Origin: Candidatus Omnitrophota bacterium
Lineage (GTDB): Bacteria; Omnitrophota; Gorgyraeia; Zapsychrales; JANLHA01
Length of the DNA stretch: 32,000 nt
Assembly (NCBI GenBank): GCA_963662715.1
Contig: OY759724.1
Location: forward strand, 2,250,001-2,282,000
Reading direction: 5' to 3'
Shown here: positions 26,158 to 32,000 of the stretch, piece by piece
How the letters are laid out: the number at the start of each line of letters is the position of its first letter
Numbering within the stretch: the first letter of the stretch is position 1
Translations under genes and position numbers: made by a program
The notes under the pieces: generated by a model
The model's database searches: none
What the model was told of the DNA's origin: nothing
What the model saw: only the letters and a program-made list of their open reading frames with translations

Positions 26158-27036
26158 ATGGATCCTATGACGACAGAAGCGAAAATGCTGGATGGCCGGT
26201 TGCTGGCCCAAAAGATCGGGGGGCAGATTCAGGCGGAAGTTCAAGCGCTCCGGCAGTCAAACGGGAAAGTCCCGCGGTTGATCAATATTATGTTGGGTGA
26301 TGATCCCGGATCCTGCGCTTATGCGCGGTCTCAGAACAGGGTCGCGCAACAGGTCGGTATCCAGTATGACCTGTTGACTTTGCCCAGGGAGACGAGCCAG
26401 GAAGAGCTGGAAGCCCGGATCAAACAACTCAATGACGATGTTCAAGTCAACGGGGTCATGATCCATAAGCCGCTGCCGGAACATATCAATTATCAGAAAG
26501 CCGCCAATTGTCTGAGCGTCATGAAAGATCTCGAGGGCATCAATGTCGCGAATATCGGGAAGATGCTGCTCGGAGAGACCCGTTTGATCCCTTGTACGCC
26601 GGCCGCGGTCATGGAGCATTTAAAAGCTACGGGCGAGGATCTCCGAGGCAAGGAAGCCGTGGTTGTCGGGGCTTCTCATATCGTTGGCAAGCCTTTGAGT
26701 CTTTTGTTGCTTGAAGAGATGGCGACGGTCACTATTTGCCATATCGCTACCAGCGAAGCCGGCCATCTTCCGGAGCACGTCAGCCGCGCGGAAATACTTA
26801 TTGTGGCCGTCGGCAAGGCCGGGGTTATCAAGGGCGACTGGATCAGAGAGGGCGCCATTGTTATTGATGTGGGGATCAATCAGGTCGGCTCTCAGATTGT
26901 CGGAGATGTGGAGTTCTCCCGCGCCAGAAACAGGGCGGCTTTTATTACTCCCGTGCCCGGCGGCGTCGGTCCGGTAACGGTTATGATGCTTATGCGCAAT
27001 GGATTAGAAGCTTTTAAACTGCAAATGAAATTATAG
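26158..27036 (+). CDS. folD: FolD-family methylenetetrahydrofolate dehydrogenase (divergent at cyclohydrolase residues)
   Basis: LDGRLLAQKI, GDDPGS..Y, the PLP motif, CTPAAVMEHL, GKEAVVVGASHIVGKPLSLLL, IVIDVGIN and ITPVPGGVGPVTVMML are present. Confidence 0.88.
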   Translation: MDPMTTEAKMLDGRLLAQKIGGQIQAEVQALRQSNGKVPRLINIMLGDDPGSCAYARSQNRVAQQVGIQYDLLTLPRETSQEELEARIKQLNDDVQVNGVMIHKPLPEHINYQKAANCLSVMKDLEGINVANIGKMLLGETRLIPCTPAAVMEHLKATGEDLRGKEAVVVGASHIVGKPLSLLLLEEMATVTICHIATSEAGHLPEHVSRAEILIVAVGKAGVIKGDWIREGAIVIDVGINQVGSQIVGDVEFSRARNRAAFITPVPGGVGPVTVMMLMRNGLEAFKLQMKL

Positions 27037-27049
27037 ACAGGTTATTTTC

Positions 27050-28336
27050 ATGCAAGAGAAACAAATCGTTATATTGGGGAATTCACCGGCGGCATTTCAA
27101 TGCGTCGAGACTTTGCGTCAAGAAGGTTTCTCCGGGGACATTGTTATGCTGGTAAGCGACGGGGAATATCCCTATTGCCGGGTGTGTCTGCCGGATGTTT
27201 TGTCGAAGGACATCCCTTTGGGGAAGATGTTTTGTGCTTCGGCCGAGGATTTTGAAAAGAGACATAAAATCCGGCTGGTGACACAGAAAATTTCCCGAAT
27301 AAATTTTAAAAGACGTCGCGTGACGACGGAAGACAAACAAGTTATCCCTTTTGATTATTGCTTGCTCGATGAATACGGATGGCTCTACCCGGAAAACAGC
27401 AAAGGGACGAATAAAAGCGGTGCGTATCTCTTGAACCGCATGGATCACATGAAGGCTGCCTTGAAAGAACTCCTTTTTGCCGAAACGGTCATTGTGCAGT
27501 CCGATAGTTTTTCCGGGCTAAGAGCGGTTTATGCCCTGGCACAGGAGAAGAGGGAAGTGATTTGGATCTGCCCGGGGAAGTATCTTTTGTCTTCCGTCCT
27601 GGACCGGGAAATATCCGGTCGCATTCAAGCAGAGTTGGAGCGAAAAGGGATCCGGGTTATTTTTGAGAATACCGTTACGGAACTTTTAGGGGACAACACT
27701 GTCAAGGCTGTCAGGTTAAGCTCCGGGAAGGTTATCGCCGGCCAGATGGTGTTTTTTGAGGCCGGTCAGCCCGACTTCCGTATATTTAAAGAAACCGATC
27801 TCCAGATAGACGGTAAGATTGTGACCCGTGAGAGGCATGTGACAGCTTATGGATATGTTTTTGCCGTGGGTGGCGTCAGCCAGGCGACGGATACAAATTT
27901 GGCATCTTATGCTTGTTATGATGATGTCTTAAGGAGACAAGGCCAGTCCGTTGCGCTGGATATCCTTCAGAAAAGTTCCGGTCAGCAAACTTTTGTGCCG
28001 TATGCGGATTTTAAATGGCCTGATTTTCAATTGACAGTGCTCGGCCGGACACAGCCGGGTTGTTTCGATACGGTTTATGAAAAAAGTCATGCTGATAGCC
28101 GGTCACTGCAAAAACTCTATATCCGTAAGGGGGGTGCTGTAGGAGCCGTACTTGTTAATTCCGAAACGTTTCGGGAAAATATACTTTCTTTTATTCATCT
28201 TCGAAAGGCCCTTTCAGAAGAGGAGTTGTCTTCCCTGGGGTTCCATCTGCAAACGTCCCCTGTCCAGCCTTTTACGGAAGGCGATGCCCCTGAAACCGCC
28301 TTTTGTGGGGCGGGCCAGCCGTCTGAAAGTGTCTGA
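27050..28336 (+). CDS. Homolog of class-I pyridine-nucleotide-disulfide oxidoreductases (NirB/rubredoxin-reductase-like fold) with degenerate FAD and NAD(P) binding motifs
   Basis: The overall collinearity fits the family: an N-terminal beta-alpha-beta, YPYCRVCLPDVL corresponding to pY.R..Ls, a central second Rossmann region, and a C-terminal dimerisation-like domain. However, GxGxxG reads GNSPAA, the second motif reads QSDSFSGL, and the usual A.GD reads AVGG. Confidence 0.6.
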   Translation: MQEKQIVILGNSPAAFQCVETLRQEGFSGDIVMLVSDGEYPYCRVCLPDVLSKDIPLGKMFCASAEDFEKRHKIRLVTQKISRINFKRRRVTTEDKQVIPFDYCLLDEYGWLYPENSKGTNKSGAYLLNRMDHMKAALKELLFAETVIVQSDSFSGLRAVYALAQEKREVIWICPGKYLLSSVLDREISGRIQAELERKGIRVIFENTVTELLGDNTVKAVRLSSGKVIAGQMVFFEAGQPDFRIFKETDLQIDGKIVTRERHVTAYGYVFAVGGVSQATDTNLASYACYDDVLRRQGQSVALDILQKSSGQQTFVPYADFKWPDFQLTVLGRTQPGCFDTVYEKSHADSRSLQKLYIRKGGAVGAVLVNSETFRENILSFIHLRKALSEEELSSLGFHLQTSPVQPFTEGDAPETAFCGAGQPSESV

Positions 28337-28351
28337 AATCCTTAAGAGGCG

Positions 28352-28380
28352 CTGATTTCCGGCCCGGACAGTTTTTTTTT
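28352..28380 (+). terminator. Candidate intrinsic terminator after the oxidoreductase-like gene
   Basis: A GC-rich imperfect hairpin (CTGATTTCCGGCCCGGACAG) is followed directly by a run of nine T (28372-28380), 16 nt after the stop codon. Confidence 0.45.
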
Positions 28381-28413
28381 GAATGTAATATTTTACTTGC
28401 AAAAAGACAGAAT

Positions 28414-29262
28414 ATGTATTATCCTTACCCTAAGAAAGCGTTAGGAAAAGCCAGTTGGAGATTATCCGCACTTCTTCTCATATCCTTATTAACCTTTCAA
28501 ACACGTATTTTCGCCAATAATAGAGAATTCTCCGCACAAGACTACCGTGCTCAAGGATACGATGAACAGAAGAAAGGCAATCTTGACAAAGCTTTAGCGT
28601 TTTATTCTGAAGCCTTGTCCCTCGGATTAGAAAGTGAAGTCCTTTATAATGATATTGGGGTTGTGTATGAACAGCAGGGTGATTGGCAAAAGGCAAGAAT
28701 ATATTATCTGAAGGCCATAAGGTATAATCCTGATTATTTACCCCCTTATACGAATCTAGCATATCTGTATCAAACACTAGGCGATATTCAGAACGCGGAA
28801 CACTATTTTCAAGAGCGTTACTGGCGGGCCAAGGACGGAGATCCTTGGAAAGAAGCCGTCAGAGAAGAATTGGTTAAAATTAACCCTCGTTTTAAAAAGA
28901 AACTTCTTCAGGAGAAAGTCGAAGACTTTACCGAAGAGTTGGTCCGACAGGCCCGGGAAGAGTTCTCCCTGCAGATACAGCGTTCAGAGAATCATTATCA
29001 AAAAGGGAGCCAATACCTCCAGGAGAAAAAATATAAAGAGGCGCTTCAGGAATTTGATCGGGCTCTCCTGCTGACACCCGATAATCCTAAGATGATGAAG
29101 GCAAAACAACAGGTTCTTTTCTCACAGAAGATAGATATGGTTAAAGAAAAGGTTTATGTTGCGGTGAAACATTTGGACGCGGGGGATGTCCAATCTGCCA
29201 ACGACATGTTTCAGGAAATACTCACCTTGCTCCCTGAACAACCAGTTCAAAATTTTGAATAA
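28414..29262 (+). CDS. Secreted tetratricopeptide-repeat (TPR) protein
   Basis: An N-terminal signal-like hydrophobic segment (WRLSALLLISLLTFQTRIFA) is followed by TPR-like repeats (GNLDKALAFYSEAL, GDWQKARIYYLKAIRYNPDY, GDIQNAEHYFQ, KKYKEALQEFDRALLLTPDN). Confidence 0.7.
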   Translation: MYYPYPKKALGKASWRLSALLLISLLTFQTRIFANNREFSAQDYRAQGYDEQKKGNLDKALAFYSEALSLGLESEVLYNDIGVVYEQQGDWQKARIYYLKAIRYNPDYLPPYTNLAYLYQTLGDIQNAEHYFQERYWRAKDGDPWKEAVREELVKINPRFKKKLLQEKVEDFTEELVRQAREEFSLQIQRSENHYQKGSQYLQEKKYKEALQEFDRALLLTPDNPKMMKAKQQVLFSQKIDMVKEKVYVAVKHLDAGDVQSANDMFQEILTLLPEQPVQNFE

Positions 29263-29305
29263 ATATTTCATAGAATGCAATCGACACGAGACAACTGATT
29301 AACCC

Positions 29306-31903
29306 ATGGTTACGACGGAACTTTTTTTGATTGATGCGCATGCGCTTTGCTATAGGTCTTTTTATGCTATTAAAGGGTTAGCAAACAGCCAGGGCCAGAA
29401 GACAAACGCTGTGTTCGGTTTTGTCAATACGTTGCGGAAGTTGCTCCGGGAATACCGTCCCTTATATATGGCTGTTTGTTTTGACTCCCCGGCGAAGACG
29501 CACCGGCAGAAGAAATTTGCTGATTACAAGATACAACGGCCGAGCATGCCGGACGATTTGATCTCGCAAATTCCGATCATCAAAGAAATCGTAGGTTGTT
29601 ACCGCGTGCCCTCTTTGGAATTTGAGGGCTATGAAGCGGATGATATCATTGCCAGCATCACCCGGAAGTTTGCATCACCTCAACTGAAGGTGATTATCGT
29701 CAGCGATGACAAAGACATGTTTCAGCTTGTCGGGCATAATGTCCGCGTGTTAAGCCTTAGAAAAGACAAGCTGATTGACCCGGAAGGGGTGAGGGAGATT
29801 ATGGGCCTGGCGCCGGATTATATGACGGATTTTATCGCTTTAGCCGGAGACAGTGTGGACAATATCCCGGGGGTCAAGGGGATTGGCGAAGTTTCGGCCC
29901 GGCAGTTGATTTCCCGATACGGGCCTATCGAGGAGATTTTCCGTCATTTGGATGATATCCAGCCGGTTTCTATTAAGAATCGCTTGGCATCACAGAGGGA
30001 AGAAGCTTTCCTGTCCAAGGAACTGGCTGTTTTAAATGAAGATATCCCTTTGGATTTTTGTGTCGAAGATATGAAAGTGACAGCCCCGGATCATGAAATG
30101 CTGATCAAAATTTTTTCTGATCTGGAATTTAAACGGCTCGTGTTTGAGCTTATGGAACAGCATCCTTCCAAGGCCGTTACGAATATTCAGAAGATTCAGG
30201 CGGAAGAGGAGTTGAAAGATGTCCTGGCCGCTATTGAGACGGCCGGAGAGTTTTCCTTTTTGTTTGATGAAAATGTGGAAGCAGACATCTGGCTGGCCGG
30301 GACTTTGGTCGTTACCTGTCAGGAAAATCCTGTCTGGCAGATTCCGCAGGAATTTATCCCGGGGATGAAAGACGTTTTTGGGCAGAAGGATATCCGCAAG
30401 AACACCTATGATTACAAGCATGCTTTAAAGCATCTTGACAGATTCGGCCTGACATTAAAAGGAGAGGTTTTTGATGTTAAGCTGGCGGCGTATCTTTTGT
30501 CTCCTGCCCGGACAGCCGCGCAGATTTTTGATTTGGGCTGGCAGTATTTAAAAATTCCGCCGCAGAACACGCAGGAAGCTTCCGGACAGATCCGGATCGT
30601 TCACCGGCTGTCTGAATGCCTGAGGACGGAACTTCGGACGTTTGACCTGCTGTCCCTTTGTTCGGAGGTGGAAATCCCCTTATCCATGGTTTTGTGGGCC
30701 ATGGAACGGGAGGGGGTCAGTATAGACGTGGGCCTTTTGAAGAATTTATCGAAAGAGTGTGAAGCGAAGATCACTCAGCTTCATGCGGAATTGTTTGAAC
30801 TGGCCGGGGAAGAATTCAATTTGAATTCTCCGAAACAGCTCAGCCGGGTGTTATTTGACAAACTTAATCTGCCGGTCATTAAGCGGACGAAAACCGGGTT
30901 TTCCACGAATGAAGAGGTTTTAACGCGCCTGGCAAGCTTGCATCCGCTCCCGGCTTTGATTCTTGATTACCGGCAGCTGGCTAAGCTGAAATCCACATAT
31001 ATTGATGCTTTGCCGAAACTGGTGGACCCGCAGACACAAAGGATCCATGCAACGTTTAACCAGACGGGAACGGAAACGGGCCGTTTGAGTTCTTATAACC
31101 CCAATCTGCAGAATATCCCGATACGGACAGAGATGGGCCGGCGCATTCGCAAGGCCTTTGTCCCGTCTGCGCAAGACCGGATCATTATCTCTGCGGATTA
31201 TTCCCAGATTGAGCTCCGTATCTTGGCTCATTTGTCAAAAGACGAAAACCTGCTTTTTGCGTTTCAGAAAGACGAAGATATTCATACGTTTACAGCCGCG
31301 CAAGTTTTTGATGTCCCGGAGAAAGACGTTACGCAAGAAATGCGGATTTCGGCCAAAAGGGTGAATTTCGGTATTATTTACGGGATGAGCGCCTTTGGGT
31401 TGGCTAAAGATTTGAATATCTCGCAGGGAGAGGCCGCTGAATTTATTGACAGGTATTTTTTAAGATATCCCCGCGTGAAAGATTTTATGGATGCGCAGAT
31501 TAAAGAATGCGAAGCCAACGGATATGTGACCACGCTTCTTCACCGCAGGCGCTATATCCCTGATATCCAAAGCAGCAGTTTGTCGATCAGGCAGTTCGCT
31601 CAAAGGCAGGCGATCAACACTCCGGTTCAGGGGACCGCCGCGGACCTTATTAAGCTGGCCATGATCCGGATTTATGAGGCCATAAATAAAAATGATTTGC
31701 GTTCAAAGATGATTATCACCGTTCATGATGAGCTTGTCTTTGATGCGCTGCAGGATGAAAAGGACAGGCTTATCTCCCTGATTAAAGACCATATGGAGCA
31801 TACCTTGACCCTGGACGTGCCTATCAAAGTCAGTATTAAGACGGGGAAAAACTGGTTAGAGACCAAGAAAGTCAACGAAGCAGAGATCCCTTTGAAAAGC
31901 TGA
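29306..31903 (+). CDS. polA: DNA polymerase I
   Basis: A 5'-nuclease domain (LIDAHALCYRSFYA, GYEADDIIAS, GDSVDNIPGVKGIGE) is followed by a vestigial exonuclease-like middle domain. The polymerase motifs are A (DYSQIELRILAHLS), B (RISAKRVNFGIIYG) and C (VHDELVF). Confidence 0.95.
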   Translation: MVTTELFLIDAHALCYRSFYAIKGLANSQGQKTNAVFGFVNTLRKLLREYRPLYMAVCFDSPAKTHRQKKFADYKIQRPSMPDDLISQIPIIKEIVGCYRVPSLEFEGYEADDIIASITRKFASPQLKVIIVSDDKDMFQLVGHNVRVLSLRKDKLIDPEGVREIMGLAPDYMTDFIALAGDSVDNIPGVKGIGEVSARQLISRYGPIEEIFRHLDDIQPVSIKNRLASQREEAFLSKELAVLNEDIPLDFCVEDMKVTAPDHEMLIKIFSDLEFKRLVFELMEQHPSKAVTNIQKIQAEEELKDVLAAIETAGEFSFLFDENVEADIWLAGTLVVTCQENPVWQIPQEFIPGMKDVFGQKDIRKNTYDYKHALKHLDRFGLTLKGEVFDVKLAAYLLSPARTAAQIFDLGWQYLKIPPQNTQEASGQIRIVHRLSECLRTELRTFDLLSLCSEVEIPLSMVLWAMEREGVSIDVGLLKNLSKECEAKITQLHAELFELAGEEFNLNSPKQLSRVLFDKLNLPVIKRTKTGFSTNEEVLTRLASLHPLPALILDYRQLAKLKSTYIDALPKLVDPQTQRIHATFNQTGTETGRLSSYNPNLQNIPIRTEMGRRIRKAFVPSAQDRIIISADYSQIELRILAHLSKDENLLFAFQKDEDIHTFTAAQVFDVPEKDVTQEMRISAKRVNFGIIYGMSAFGLAKDLNISQGEAAEFIDRYFLRYPRVKDFMDAQIKECEANGYVTTLLHRRRYIPDIQSSSLSIRQFAQRQAINTPVQGTAADLIKLAMIRIYEAINKNDLRSKMIITVHDELVFDALQDEKDRLISLIKDHMEHTLTLDVPIKVSIKTGKNWLETKKVNEAEIPLKS

Positions 31904-31976
31904 AGATATGACGGGGAAATTTTTCCCTGAATTGTTTCGTCCAGGCTGTTTAAAATATGCTCGGATAAAGGAAAAA

Positions 31977-32000
31977 ATGATTTTGATCGGCGTTACAGGG
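31977..32000 (+). CDS. coaE: Probable start of dephospho-CoA kinase (only 8 codons are in the window)
   Basis: ATG 31977 encodes MILIGVTG, the typical lead-in to the CoaE P-loop (IGLTGGIGSGKS). polA-coaE adjacency is common. There is too little sequence for certainty. Confidence 0.35.

Noticed and set aside
31905-31930. A terminator after polA (GGGGAAATTTTTCCC).
   Set aside because: The stem is only 4-6 bp with an essentially absent loop, and it is not followed by a T-tract.

Overview
This is a bacterial chromosomal segment of moderate GC (judged by eye). All roughly 30 credible genes lie on the + strand and are tightly packed, with three ATGA stop/start overlaps. No rRNA, tRNA, CRISPR, transposase or integrase was seen. 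Most of the window is housekeeping: a Tad/CpaF pilus ATPase (open to the 5' edge), proS, rimP-nusA-infB, trpS, scpA, ruvB, a DUF2905 peptide, a SpoIID/LytB-like protein, queA-tgt-trmD, then rplS-rnhB-yraN, fchA-like plus folD, a degenerate flavoprotein homolog, a secreted TPR protein, polA, and the first codons of a probable coaE. The stand-out region is about 9.6 kb (14.2-23.8 kb) lying between trmD and rplS, which are normally adjacent. It encodes a PAS-LuxR regulator followed by one apparent operon: rex (preceded by a near-consensus Rex operator), a Cache/HAMP histidine kinase, a receiver domain fused to the NuoE-like HydC subunit, HydB, the [FeFe]-hydrogenase HydA, a second paralogous stand-alone receiver, and the maturase HydE. 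Neither receiver has a DNA-binding output, so the phosphorelay appears to act directly on a bifurcating-type hydrogenase; this is the best candidate for an undescribed system. Secondary oddities are: infB encoded in two reading frames; a ProRS whose editing insertion is replaced by a CxxC-x15-CxxC knuckle; a TrpRS with a Cys cluster resembling the Fe-S type; a FolD with substituted cyclohydrolase residues next to a separate cyclohydrolase-family gene; and a pyridine-nucleotide-disulfide oxidoreductase homolog whose dinucleotide-binding motifs have all decayed. All calls rest on reading the translated ORFs and the DNA by eye, with no database searches.
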